Source of the DNA: Eledone cirrhosa
Taxonomy: Eukaryota
Assembly: GCA_964016885.1 (NCBI GenBank)
Contig: OZ024743.1
Coordinates: forward strand, 239,940,001 to 240,004,000
DNA length: 64,000 nt
Direction of reading: 5' to 3'
The notes beneath the pieces are model-generated. The model searched no databases. It had not been told where the DNA came from and worked only from the letters and a program-made list of their open reading frames with translations. Of this stretch, positions 13,895-27,810 are shown one piece after another. Position 1 is the stretch's first letter, and every line of letters begins with the position of its first letter. A program made the position numbers and the translations under genes.

Positions 13895-13944
13895 TAATAT
13901 AATAAAAGCCAATGTGTATTTGTCCGTCACACACTAGAGATGTC

Positions 13945-14160
13945 TAAGGAAGGAAGTTGTGATTACGTCGACTGAGGGAGGAAGGGATGATTACGTCGAA
14001 TGGGGGCGTAAGGGCTGATTACATCGACTGGGGGAGGAACGGGTGATGACGTCGACTGAGGGAGGAAGGGCTGATTACATCGACTGAGGGAGGAAGGAGT
14101 GATGACGTCGACTGAGGGAGGAAGGGGTGATGACGTCGACTGAGGAAGGAGCGAATGATG
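13945..14160. repeat. ~30-bp minisatellite (GATKACRTCGACTGAGGGAGGAAGGGRT)n
   Basis: Six to seven tandem units read directly. Confidence 0.85.
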
Positions 14161-14601
14161 ACAAACTACAAAGCAACGTTTAACATTCGCTACACCTGTG
14201 TGTGTGTATATGTATAGCGAATTGGCTACACACATTGACTGTTGTGATTATGTGAGTGTTTGTGTGTGTATATATGTGTGTTTGTGTAAATTATATTTAT
14301 CTCCTTATAATATATAACCAGCAATTTCTCTCTCTGTCTGTCCGACAGTGGAAACACGTGCGCGCGTGGTTGCTATCTCTCTCTCTCTCTCCAGCTATCC
14401 CTCTCTTTTAGTCTGTCTGTTTCTCTCACTCTCACTCTTTCTCTCTGTAACACACTAACATTCCTCCCCTCTATCGCTGTGACGAATGGGGAGATGGAGG
14501 AGGAGGAGGAGGTGGAGGAGGAGGAGGAGAGAGTCACTTCGTCACTTCACCTATGCCTTTCTTTCTCTCCCCTCTCACTCCCTCATTACGTACAGACATT
14601 A

Positions 14602-14790
14602 GGGCGGTGGATTGGCAGAATCTGTAGATAGTGGGACACCATGCTTCATAGCATGGAGTTACGTCCCTTTACGGTCTGAGTTCAAGTACCGCCGAGATTA
14701 ACTTTGCCTTTCATCCACACGGGGTCGATAAAATAAAGTACCAGTAATGTACTGGGTAATTGCTGGCCTTGTGCCAAAAGTAGAAACAAT
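14602..14790 (+). mobile_element. tRNA-head SINE, same family
   Basis: GGCGGTGGATTGGCAGAATC...GAGTTCAAGTACC...GGGGTCGATAAAATAAAGTACCAG...GCCAAAAGTAGAAAC. Confidence 0.85.
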
Positions 14791-14911
14791 TATTAGAAAC
14801 ATTGCTTCATTTTTACATATCTAAGCATTAGTAAAATAACTAATAATTTCAAAAGTAATTTTTCAATTCCAATTGTTATGAACAGCAAAACATTAATAAT
14901 AATTTTGTTCT

Positions 14912-15037
14912 AAGAAATATATATACATTTCTGTGTGTGTAATATATATATATATACACACACAGAAATATATATACATTTCTGTGTGTGTAATATATAT
15001 ATATACACACAGAAATATATATACATTTCTGTGTGTG

Positions 15038-15098
<61 letters not shown>

Positions 15099-15126
15099 GA
15101 AATATATATACATTTCTGTGTGTGTA

Positions 15127-15159
<33 letters not shown>

Positions 15160-15180
15160 GAGAAATATATGGGCATTTCT
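14912..15180. repeat. Tandem repeat of AGAAATATATATACATTTCTGTGTGTGTAA(TA)n
   Basis: About five self-complementary units with variable (TA)n spacers. Confidence 0.8.
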
Positions 15181-16174
15181 CTGTTTGTCTGTCTGTCTGT
15201 CCTTCCCTAAAACTCAAATGTAGGTGCTACAGAAATATTACCTTCCCCTTCCTTTCTCCACTTTGGTACTACCAAGAGAAACACTGTCGCTATAGAAACA
15301 TTACCTTCCCCTCTCCACTGACTTTGGTCACTGAGGCCGAGGGAATCGCTGGTTGCTATAGAGACACCTTGCACAAGCCAGAAGTAACCAGTTCGAGGCG
15401 GTTCTGACTTGACACCATGCCAAGGACCATTTGAAGATATATTTCCATCGTTATATCATAACGTTTATATATCATAACGTTTATATGTCCGTCACTAATC
15501 ACTTTTTCTCCTTTTTCGTTTTAACATATATTTATTTCAAAGATTTCACCGTATAGATAACATATATATTTATACATGCATAAAAGACACACCGAGAGAC
15601 GGTGAACATGTGGTGCCGAAAACATTTCTCATCCAAATCTCAACAATATCAGTATATACACTAGATTTGCTAGCAGAAAACCGCCCACCGGGTGGATTTC
15701 TGCTAGTCTATATATCTAAAACAGAGAATTTCTGTCTGTCTGTCTGATTCCCTAAAACTCGAGAACCACCCAACCGATTGTTTTCAAACTTTACACATGT
15801 AATCCCCATGGTCCTGTGAGTGTTTTGAGGAAAAGGAATTTCAAATTTTCAATGCTCTAGTGACCGCATTAGGCGATTTAGCGATCTTTCTCTATAATTT
15901 TTAGTCTTTCTTTTTAGATAGATACATAGATATAACGTTGCACCCTTATAATATATGTCTGTATGTCTGGCTGTCTGGCTGTCTGCATTACGACATTATG
16001 ACGCTATATGTGTGTGTGTATATATGTATATATATACTGTGTAACATTTTTCGAAATATTTACTTCTGCGTTCACAGATTGATTTTTTTAGTTTCAGAAT
16101 GTTCCGTTAAGGGTAAAAGCAGCGATTCTTTGCTTAAACTTTAATCTGTTATTTTTATATATATATCTATATAT

Positions 16175-16932
16175 ATTAGCTAAACTACCCGTCTTTGTGA
16201 AGGTTCAAGTAGCTTTCGATGTAGCTCATTAAACTAAACTAAGTAAATTTGAATACATAGAAGAAAAACGTACTTTACGTAAACATGAAACCCTTAGGCA
16301 CTATTCCAGCGAAATAATTAATATGTTAGCTCGATGACATCCGTTATACCATGTAACAACAGAAATCTAGTCTAGGTATACATTTTTTTTACAACAGTAA
16401 AAGCGCATCATGAAATAGAGAAGTGAAGTCAATAATAGACACTATTATGTACAAAACATATTATTGTAAAAGTTATGACATCACTTAATGTATGAACATC
16501 AAGCTTGAAACGATAAATTATACAATGTCAAATCTATAACTTAACTTAGTAATCTGTTAGAAATTGTTGGTTGTGAAATATACAAAACGATATTGTTAGT
16601 CTCAAGGAAGCGTACCTTTTGTTTGAAGTACAAACAGTAAATTAAAATCCGAATGAGCTGAATTACGAAAGATGACTCTTGTCTTACTTAAAGATAACTT
16701 TTGTCTTACTTAATCAGGAAAATTGACACAAATAACCGAAACTTTTTTAATGTCTCCAAAAGCCCCAATATCGATTTTTGAAAGCCTTTGTAGATCATGT
16801 ACTGGTTTTGCGCAAGGAGAAGCTCTGTAAAAAATTTCAAAGAAATCGCATGAATGGTTTAGAATATGTGAGCCCTCATTAAAAATTGTCCACTCATACA
16901 AACACATACAGAAAACTTCGTCTTTATATATA
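16175..16932 (-). mobile_element. Non-autonomous Helitron/HINE-like element
   Basis: Minus strand starts TATATATAAAGACGAAG and ends CCTTCACAAAGACGGGTAGTTTAGCTAAT. An inverted partial copy of its start lies at 16953-17010. Confidence 0.45.
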
Positions 16933-17019
16933 TACATATATATATATATCTGTATATATATAAAGAGGAAGTTTTCTGTATGTCTGTATATGTGTGTGTG
17001 GACAATTTGAAAGCCAGAC

Positions 17020-17484
17020 GTACGTCTGTATACATATATGTATGTACGTATACATACTTATATTTAAGTAACAGCCGTACTAAGAGTGAGAAATGAAATT
17101 TCGTTTCATTTTTTCCGTTTATCGTTTTCGGTGCGCCCGGCCGATTAACTCACTCGATATGCAAATTAGGCTGCTCAGCCGTTAATATGCATAAGGAAAG
17201 TATATACTTTCAGACGTTCAATCATCTGGCAGGAAGGTATACGGTGCTGACGATAGCTAATAAGCTTTAAACTAGTACATCGTTCCTTTCTCAGTGTTGA
17301 ACAAAAGGGCAACGATGGTTGCTAAACACGGTACGGCTTAATTCGGGAGGTTTGTTTACAAACAAACTGAGCAGTATAATAAATGTTCGGTAAATCCATA
17401 CGTTCATATATATATGTGTGCATGTATGTATATATATACATACTACTGTACGTCTGTATACATATATGTATGTACGTATACATA

Positions 17485-17490
<6 letters not shown>
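17020..17490 (+). repeat. Retrozyme-like family B copy (~1.1 monomers) with a core-mutated HHR at 17241-17283
   Basis: Homologous to 47876-48630. ACGGTG-CTGACGA-TAGC-TAATAA-GCTT-TAAA-CTAG-TA-CATCGT has G12 replaced by T. ATGCAAAT at 17159. Terminal direct repeat GTACGTCTGTATACATATATGTATGTACG at about 17020 and 17448. Confidence 0.75.
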
Positions 17491-17549
<59 letters not shown>

Positions 17550-17969
17550 CAACTAGAAATTTATTAACATATAAATAAACATATAAAACAATCACAATGA
17601 TTGTTTCATATGTTTATTTATATGTTAATCAATTTCTAGTTGTTAAATGCTCGGACCTATTCATTAGAATCTTAGAGCTTATTTTGCGGGTGATATAATT
17701 TGTTCGTTTTATTGAAGAGTGATTTTATTCTGTCTAGCATATCAGGTGAGCAGATTAACCCCATCGATGTGCTTGTGGTGATATCAGGTGACACTGCATC
17801 GCTAACATTTCATTTATATTATAAAGTATCAATATCATTCTTAAAGTGGAAGTTACCAAATAACATTTGGAACTTAAGTGTGTGCGTGTCTATATATGTG
17901 TGTGTATAATATAAATATATGTAGATATATACATAGATATGTAAATGTATATATATATACATATATATA

Positions 17970-18086
<117 letters not shown>

Positions 18087-18235
18087 CTTTGATAACTTTG
18101 ATAGGTTTCGGCCTGTATTGGCCCAGGCCATGTCTATATATATTTGTATATAAATATATATATGTATATATGCATACATATGTGTATATGTATATATGTA
18201 TATATGTATATATACATACATATAATGTGTGTGTA

Positions 18236-18269
<34 letters not shown>

Positions 18270-18272
<3 letters not shown>

Positions 18273-18408
18273 TTCCTCGATTGTTACAGTTGCAGGCTGT
18301 CCAGACCTTGGGTTATCTTCAAAACTCTCCCTCCCCTTCCTTAATTCAGCTTCCCACTTTTGCACTGTTGATAAACCTGGAGCGTCACCTCCTAATGTGG
18401 CAACCATG
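18270..18408 (-). mobile_element. mariner transposase N-terminal fragment
   Basis: [38 protein letters not shown], same family as the element at 19138. Confidence 0.8.
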
Positions 18409-18466
18409 AGTTCAGATCTAGCTGTGGAAACGGCCGGAGCTCAGCTGTCGGGGTCCTAACTCTTCT

Positions 18467-18553
<87 letters not shown>

Positions 18554-18739
18554 GAAGTAAAGAACAACAACACATACATATATATGTGTGTGCGTGTGTG
18601 TGTGTGTGTGTATACATATATACATATATTTATATAGATTTTGAGTTTATGTTGGTTGTATACCAACACCTCAGTATGCAGGCTGGATCACTCGACGAAG
18701 TGCGCAGGTTGGTTTGGTTACTCCGGAGTAGTGTAAAAT

Positions 18740-19113
18740 AAAGTTAAATAAAAGTCAAATGATTAAAATTTAGCTTCGTTTATTACTGCTATATATATTT
18801 CAGTGACAGCCATCTTTGGCTGTGACCTCTTCAGGCAGTTTGAATTAGTATGGTATAGACAAGTACATATGTTGTTTAGGTGTATGATATTGTCAATACT
18901 CTGATATGCCCAGTTCCTTGTTGGGTTGTTAATTCACTGGGGAACTGGAGTCATATGTATTGACAATATCATACACCTAAACAACATATGTACTTGTCTA
19001 TACCATACTAATTCAAACTGCCTGAAGAGGTCACAGCCAAAGATGGCTGTCACTGAAATATATATAGCAGTAATAAACGAAGCTAAATTTTAATCATTTG
19101 ACTTTTATTTAAC
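18740..19113. repeat. Fold-back inverted repeat with an HHR in each arm
   Basis: About 18743-18900 is the reverse complement of about 18957-19112. Plus-strand HHR at 19018-19070: CTGC-CTGAAGA-GG-TCACAGCC...GGCTGTCA-CT-GAAA-TATATA-TA-GCAG. Mirror copy at 18786-18838. Confidence 0.8.
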
Positions 19114-19137
19114 CATATATTTATATATGTATATATG

Positions 19138-20298
19138 TACGAATGTAGTCTGAATCGTTCATTAGCTGACTATAAACCAATGATGCTAGTCCTGTGAAAT
19201 CTTGCATCCATTAATTTCAACTCTTATTAATAACTATATCGTTTCTCTCTAAGTAAAATTACATCTGATTGTTCAAAGGAGACTTCAAAAGCAATTACTA
19301 GCGACGTTTCTTGAAAGTCAACAAGGTTTAGCTTCGTGGTGTTATCAAGTAAATGCAGAAAAAAGGGTTCAAACCCCTAGGACATTCGTGGTGACATAGT
19401 TGCTACATTAGGAAGTGACGCTCTAGTTTTGTCAACAGTGCAAAAGTGGGGAGCTGAATTAAGGAGGCGAAGAGAGAGTTTTGAAGATAACCCAAGGTCT
19501 GGACGTCCTGCAACTGCCATCACCGACGAAAACATTGATCGTGTTCACCACATGGTGATGAATGACAGGCGATTTACTACAATTCTATTTATCTACAATG
19601 CTATTAGCATATCTCGTGAGAGAATTGCGAATATTCTGCTCAATGAACTTGGCAGGACGAAGGTTTCTTCTCTGTAGGTGTCACGTCTTCTGACAGCTGA
19701 TTACCTGATTAAAAGCGCACCAGGCTGTTCACATCACGGGAAAATTTGACTTTTTTTTTAAGCACATCTAACTACTTTCTTTGAAGGTGTCTTAACCATG
19801 ATCAGTGTTGGGTTGATCACTTTGAGCCAGAGATAAAGAGAGAATCCCTGGTGTCGTACCCCCCTGCTCCTAGGTCTCCGTTTTGGGGGTGCCAAAAGGC
19901 ATTGTGCTTATTGAGTATCTTCAAAAGGGTCATATAATCAAAGGAACGAAAGGCTATCAAGACCGAACGCCCAGAAAAACCTGTGCGTGACTGTGGGTTT
20001 GAACTGTTTGATCCCCCTACTTATTCTTCTGATTTGACCACATCTGTCATCATTCTCCCAACTTCAAAGACTCTTGACTAGGAATCAGTGTCGCAGGGTT
20101 GATGATGTCATATATGATGTTCCTGACTTTATTGACCAACAGGATGAAAACTTTTTCAGAAAATGGATCCAAGAACTGCAACACCGTTGGGAGAAGTGTG
20201 TTGACCGCAAGGTGACTATGTTTAAAAATAAACCTTAATTGGTCGCCTTCCCTGAGAGTGTTTTGTTGAGTCAAAGGACTTTTCAGTCGACGCGTGTA
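19138..20298 (+). mobile_element. mariner (D,D34D-type) element, decayed, with degenerate TIRs
   Basis: Ends TACGAATGTAGTCTGAATCGTTC and GGACTTTTCAGTCGACGCGTGTA. HTH EDNPRSGRP, a WVPRLL-like motif (~19678), PPTYSSDL (~20013) and LQHRWEKCVDRKGDYV (~20176). The second catalytic D region appears deleted. Confidence 0.85.
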
Positions 20299-20300
20299 TG

Positions 20301-20377
<77 letters not shown>

Positions 20378-21285
20378 ACGTATATATGTGTGAGTGTGTG
20401 TGTACATGTATGTGTGTGTGTATGTATCTATGTATATATATGTATATATATGTGTGTATATATACATATACACATATATACATATATACATACGTACATG
20501 ATGGCTGCAAACTCTGCAAAGAATATTGCAATCGCTTGTCAGATTATAGAGTTTGGTGCACTTTTAGGCTACGGCCAGTCACACGAACCTGTAACATATC
20601 CTGAACAAGCAATGCCTGTGCTTTGAAGGTTCTTTTAAAGTGGGGAATGGCCTTGCACCCGACTAATCTCACTCTCTGAGCATCGAAAACACTACCCGAA
20701 AAGGAGAACTGGTCAACATCTTCGGATGCCTGCGAAGCTGCAGGGTTTTTTCCGAGTTTCCCCTCTCCTAGAAATGTGTTGTGACAACAACTGGGGGCAT
20801 TTTAATCCCAGGTGTGTGGGAGGGGAGTAATATTTGGATGGCCGTTGACTCTGCTGAGTCCCTCCGTATTTCATCCCGTAGGGTGTCCAGGTATCACCCT
20901 CCTCACCAAGCAAGCTTGGTGAGGAGGGTGATACCTGGACACATTCTGTGACCTCTTCAGTGACTGGGGATACTTTTCTTTGTTTTTGTACCTCTCCTTG
21001 TTGTACGCCATCTTGTTTTTGTGTGTGCTGTGTGCTTAGTTTGCGCATGTGTTACATTCGGATGTCTGTGTGTGTTTATATTTGTTTATTTATTTGTTTA
21101 TTTACATGTTACCCGTTGGTTGTTTATTCTATGTGTGTGTGTGTGTTTTCATTGTGGGAAAAAATGGTGGATAATGTTTTTTATTGGCGTCCGAAATGTT
21201 AAGACCCTCTTCCTGCTATTTCAAGCGTTAACCTAATATATTCCCTCCGTATACTGTACCGATTGTGCTGTTATTTCTGTTTACC

Positions 21286-21379
<94 letters not shown>

Positions 21380-21460
21380 CCACACACAAATAGATATATA
21401 TAAATCAGCCTGAAACTGGGTGTAAAAACGACAAGAACTCAACAGTCGAGACCCGACTTT

Positions 21461-21548
<88 letters not shown>

Positions 21549-22081
21549 CTCTCTCAGTATATATATATATATACACGTATTACAAATGTCAGAAACGGCA
21601 GGTGATTTTCAGATCTCTGATTTACCATGAATATATGAGGGAGCTGAAAGGCTGGAACTAATGGTATTTGAGAGATGATGGCAGGTGAGGGAGAGGTTGT
21701 TTGGACTGGTGATGTCGAAGGAGTGAATATTATTGAGGTAACGCTGAGAAAGTAGTTGATAGTAGACAATAGGAAGATGGAGAGGGTAGGTAGGTTGGTT
21801 AATTAATGAAAACTGGAGAGCAATTTAATCTTGATTATGCTGCTATTAATAACCTATTTATTTGTTCATCATAATTATTATCACCATCGTCGTCACCGTC
21901 GTTATATTTTATGAACATCTGCATCATGATCATCTTGCTAATCATAATCGAACACTCTACTACCACCTACACAATATTTACTACTACCATCAATGCAACA
22001 ACTACTACTAACTTCTCACTCAAATCCTCCCGCCAAATACAATAATATCATCACCACCGTCATTATTATCATCACCGATAA

Positions 22082-22261
22082 GTGGTGGATTGGCAGTATC
22101 AGTAGAGGGTCGGATGCCATGCTTTGACGCATAGAGTTACGGCCCTTGTCATTCTGAGTTCAAATCCCGCCGAGGTTAATTTGCCTTTCATCCTTACGGG
22201 GTCGATAAAATAAGGTACCAGTAATGCTCTGGGTAATGGCTGGCCTTGTGCCAAAAGTAGA
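22082..22261 (+). mobile_element. tRNA-head SINE, same family, fused to a PLE tail
   Basis: A-box and B-box (GTTCAAATCCC) and the shared core; the 3' end runs directly into PLE sequence. Confidence 0.85.
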
Positions 22262-24290
22262 GTTGAGATGGAGGGTCTGTGGTTTTGCTCACATCTGGTT
22301 GGTCTTTGAATGTTACCTGTTTTATATGGAAAAAAGTGGCTCGAAACACCAGGTTTTTAGAGAAGTAATTTGATTGGTTGGCCAATAAATATAATAAATT
22401 TCGCGCCATTTCGCGTTACAAAGTTCTTCAAACAAGGGGGTTGTGCTCAGGTTGTTTTTTCATATATGAGTGTTTGAATTTCTTTTTAATTAAAAAAAAG
22501 GGCTCACGAAGGCTTTTTTTATAAATGTTATTTGATTGGTTATAAATGAAATTATGACTGTCACGTGAACAAATTCATTAAATTTCGCGCCCGTATTTTG
22601 GAATTTATTTTGTAGCCTTTTAGAGAATTTTATGACAAACAAAAGATAATGGTCAAGAGAAATGGGATGGGAGAATTGTTCTGGTTCAGTGAATATGGCT
22701 GGTTCGCTGGGGTGTCAGAATTCAGATTTTCTATTGAAATAACGATAGTAGAGATATGTATGTTTATTTGTGTGCTTATGTGTGTCTGTGTGTGTGTGTA
22801 GGAAGATGATTCTATTAGTAGAAATGGGGTAGGGAGTTGTGCGTGTGTGTATATGGGTGTTATGTGTGTGTGTGGGGGGGGAGTATGTTAAGATGGAGAG
22901 AATATATATATTTTGTGTGTGTGTATGTGTGTAGGAAAGTGATTCTATTAGTAGAAATGGAGGAGGGAGTTGTGTGTGTGTGGGGTGGGGTTATGTGTGT
23001 GTGTATAGGTGTTATATGTGTGTGTGAGTATCATTAGCATGTTAAGATGAAGAGAATATATATTTTGTGTGTGTGTGTGTGTGTGTAGGAAAATGATTCC
23101 GTTAGTAGGAATATTTTTGAATGAACATATTTTCCTTACTTATTCGTATTTGTTCTGTTGTATTGTCAGCGCAAACGTATGTTAAGGTTTATTTAGTTCG
23201 GGTTTTTATTTTCTAAAATAGAAGGTGTTATGTGTCTGTTTGGATGGTTAGCATGTTATGGTGTTGACATAATGTATATTAAAAATATTTAATGCTGGTC
23301 TATATTTTTCAATAAACATATTTTCCTTATTTATTCGTATTTGTTCTGTTGTATTGTCAGCGCAAAGGTAAAATGTGAAGACTTTGAATTTGGGTGTCTT
23401 ATTACTTGTGCATATGTCTAGATATGCGCTTAGTGGTATCTGTCTCGTGGTTGGATCTCGTAATTGTTGGCGATGAACTGTCATTCTGTTCCTGAGTGTG
23501 AGTTTAGTTTGTCCTATATAATCTTCATTGCATCCTTTATATTTAATGGGATAAAGTAGATTTTTTGATGTGCAAGTGAAGTGATTTTTTACAGCAAAAT
23601 TTTGTCCTGATTGAAATGGATACGTGTTGCCTTCAATGAGGTGAGTGCAGGTTCCACAATTAGAGCGACAACATTTTTTGACAGTTGGTTATGGGTTTGT
23701 GGTAGGTAATTTGGCATTGGTGAGTAATGTTTTCAGTGATTTCGGTTGTCTTTTGCTTTTGATTATTTTGTGTGTGTCAAGAAGGGCTTTTTTCATTCTT
23801 ATGTCTTGTTTCAGTAGTGGGATGTTCTTGTGAATAGTGTTTTTGGGGTTGTGTGTTGAGATATATGATAACCACATACGACCTACTACTTTAGAAAATA
23901 AAGACCCGAACTAAATAAACCGTAACATACTTTTGCGCTGACAATACAACAGAACAAATACGAATAAGTAAGGAAAATATGTTCATTCAAAAATATTCCT
24001 ACTAACGGAATCATTTTCCTACACACACACACACACATACATAGACACACACAGAATACATACAAAATATATATATTCTCTTCATCTTAACATGCTAACC
24101 ATACTCCCATACACACATAACCCCCCCCCCCCACACACACACACATACAACTCCCTCCCCCATTTCTACTAATAGAATCACTTTCCTACACATATACACG
24201 CACACAAAATATATATATTCTCTCCATCTTAACATACTCCCACACACGCACACACATAACACCCATACACACACATACACACACACAAAC

Positions 24291-24341
<51 letters not shown>

Positions 24342-25348
24342 GCAAGCACACGAATAAACATACATATCTCTACTTTCTTTATTTCAATAGAAAGTCTGAA
24401 TTCTGACACCCCAGCGAACCAGCCATATTCACTGAACCAGAACAATTCTCCCATCCCATTTCTCTTGGCCATTTTCTTTTGCTTGTCATAAAATTCTCTA
24501 AAAGGCTACAAAATAAATTCCCAAATACGGGCGCAAAATTTAATGAACTTGTTCACGTGACAATCATAATTTCATTTATAACCAATCAAATTACATTTAT
24601 TAAAAAAGCCTTCGTGAGCCACTTTTTTAAAGTAAAAAGAAATTCAAACAAACTTACGCGATAGTTGATATACTTATTCACGTGACTACATCAACCAACC
24701 AAACTTCACTCATATATGAAAAAACAACCTGCTATATTCACTGAACCAGAACAATTCTCCCATCCCACTTCTCTGGACCATTATCTTTTTGTTTGTCATA
24801 AAATTCTCTAAAAGGCTACAAAATAAATTCCTAAATACGGGCGCGAAATTTAATGAACTTGTTCAGGTGACAGTCATAATTTCATTTATAACCAATCAAA
24901 TTACATTTATAACAAAAAAGCCTTCGTGAGCACCTTTTTTTAAGTAAAAAGAAATTCAAACACCCATATATGAAAAAACAACCTGAGCCCCCCCCCCCCC
25001 CCCCTCTTTGAAGAACTTTGTAACGCGAACTGGCGCGAAATTTATTATACTTATTGGCCAACCAATCAAATTACTTCTCGAAAAACCTGGCGTTTCGGGC
25101 CACTTTTTTCCATATAAAACAAGTAATATTCAAAGACCAACCAGATGTGAGAAAAACCACAGACCCTCCATCTCAACTCTACCTTTGAAAAGCAGAAGAA
25201 CTGCCAAACCGGTAAAGTAACCAAATAAATATATATATTCTTTTTTAAAATAAGACTCCAGTTGCATTTTCGATTTCATCTTTTCTTCTTTATACTTTCA
25301 CTCATGTAGGACACCTCGTTTATTTTTCACTTTGTAAAAAAACCTCAC

Positions 25349-25352
<4 letters not shown>
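22252..25352 (-). mobile_element. Penelope-like element: minus-strand GIY-YIG and tail (22252-23872) plus inverted tail copy (23880-25352)
   Basis: CCRSNCGTCTHL, DYIGQTKLTLRNRMTVHRQQ. Closely similar to 38120-40980. Internal tandem duplication at about 24425-24730 and 24733-24985. Confidence 0.9.
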
Positions 25353-25446
<94 letters not shown>

Positions 25447-25601
25447 ATAATAATATATTTAAAGACTAAAATCCAAAGAAGGCCCCATAAGGATAAATAT
25501 ATATCAAATATATAAGAACCGTAGAGCAAACATTTAGTTAGTTTCAGAAGATCCCGTTAAGGGTGAAAGCAGCGATTCTTTTCTTAAACTTTAATCTGTT
25601 A

Positions 25602-25645
<44 letters not shown>

Positions 25646-25689
25646 TATTTATTAAAATAACAGATTAAAGCTTAAGCAAAGAATCGGTG

Positions 25690-25734
<45 letters not shown>

Positions 25735-26476
25735 GAAAAATTGAACAGGGACAGAACAGAGAAGCAGTACAATAAATGTTTACTAAATTCACGCTCAGAG
25801 AGAGAGAGAGAGAGAGAGATGCATTAACATATATATGTGTGTATTCATGTGTGCATACGAGTTGTTTATGTGTGTGTGAATGGTCTGCTATCCAACTCAG
25901 AGGTACTTATCTCCTTCCAACTGCCGTTTTCGTCATCATTGACATTGTTAAAATCTAATTATAATTAACAAATATAGTCATTTCATATTAAAAGACAAAC
26001 AATAATATAACTACACTGAACCCCAGTCCTTCACTGTGTTGTCACCCATCTCCACCCACTCCTCATGGTCCTCACTTTTTTGTAGTGTAACTGAGCAGCC
26101 CGTTCCCCATGCTCACGCTATCAACATCTCGCCTTAAAATAGATCAGACTAAATTTTAAGAAAATATTTGAAAGGAAAGATTATAGACCAGAAGATGGTG
26201 TAAAATAGAACAAAGAGGAGACACAAAACTAAAGTAGTCACTGAAGAAATCCCAGAATTTGTGACGAGAGCGATTTGACAATCAATAAATAAACAATCAC
26301 CCGGTTATTAAATTAACAGACTGGGGAATTATAATAAATTGAAGTGAAACTGAACTGGTGAGTGATTTTATAGGCAGCATGACGTTCGAAAGGAGAAAAA
26401 AAAATCTGCTTCAACACAAGTTTTCACATAAAGAATCTTTCGAAGCAAATACAAAAACAATGTATATATAAACATA

Positions 26477-27445
26477 CATCATCATCATGTTCTCACAACT
26501 GGTGCAGTCAAACGTTGGGGTGCCACTCTTGGGGTTTTTTCAGTTAGTCTTTGTCATTAATCTCCATTTTTCGTCATGCGTAGAAGGGTCTCGGTGTTGT
26601 AACCAGTCCAGTCCATAAGCTGTCAAATCAGGACCTTCTTTGTATGCCTCCACTTCACTCTCTTGCGACTGTGCCCCTAAAGATGGTTTGGGCCAAGGAG
26701 TTGAGGCGGGACACATGACTACATCAGGAAAGCTTCCGTCCCTACACCATCGTAAGAAATGGCTTCTGTCCACCAGGATACCTGCCAACTTGCTCCCTGA
26801 CAAAGCGGCTTGCCTTGTGCTCCGTGTTCGGGATGTGCAGCAACGTCGAAGCAACTGTGTTTGAATGATTGGACACTTCGTTCCATGCCATCCATAAGAG
26901 TACAACTCTCGCACCCCTACAAAAGGATCGAAGCCACCAAGGATGGACAAGGGAATGTGTGGAATCGTAGGATGCGCACTTCTCCGGAATGATAGAATTG
27001 GCGAGGTCTTCGGAACAACAATGGGTGTTCGGAAGGGATGTCTACTTTCTCCAGTGAATTTCAGCATCTTCCTGGAGGGCATCATGCAACAGAATCTGTT
27101 TCCATTGGAGGATGACCCATTTCCAGCCTGTGATTTGCTTATTGCAGTGACATGTTAAGAAGTTGTTAGGTGAGGCTAAGGAGCTTGTTTCAAGACTGGA
27201 AAGGGTAGTGGGAGTATATGGAATGGAGATCAACTCAGAAGGGAGAAACATTCTGGTTAATAGTAATAATTCAGCACGCTGTCAGTTGCTGGGTTCTGAT
27301 TATAATCAGAACCCAGTAACTGACAGCGTGCTGAACAGTGGAGGATATCGAGTGACTGGGATCCATTCTGGTCTGGGATAGCGCATCTCGGAGAAAAATA
27401 CTGGTAGAACTCGCTCTGATCACTTTTGCCGTGGTGGAGCTAAAT
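26477..27445 (-). mobile_element. RTE-like LINE fragment with inverted 5' part
   Basis: Minus strand 26480-26935 has SILL*GCESCTL, C-terminal RT motifs and a (GAT)n tail. Plus strand 26960-27445 has FGTTMGVRKGCLLSPVNFSIFLE and YGMEINSE. Confidence 0.75.
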
Positions 27446-27467
27446 GTCATGTGGGAGGGCGACAAAC

Positions 27468-27605
<138 letters not shown>

Positions 27606-27755
27606 TCATACACACACACATATATATATATATGTATACAAACATATACACACATGCACACACACACAAACACACACACAGTGATTAAACTGATGAACCA
27701 ATGATAACTAAACGTTACCCACCCATAAACTATATATACATATATATACATATAT

Positions 27756-27807
<52 letters not shown>

Positions 27808-27810
<3 letters not shown>

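Noticed and set aside
13945-14160. ~30-bp repeats as a CRISPR array
   Set aside because: Units are contiguous without unique spacers, there are no cas genes and the context is eukaryotic.
22082-22175. A/B boxes as a tRNA gene
   Set aside because: No cloverleaf; it is the head of a multi-copy SINE.
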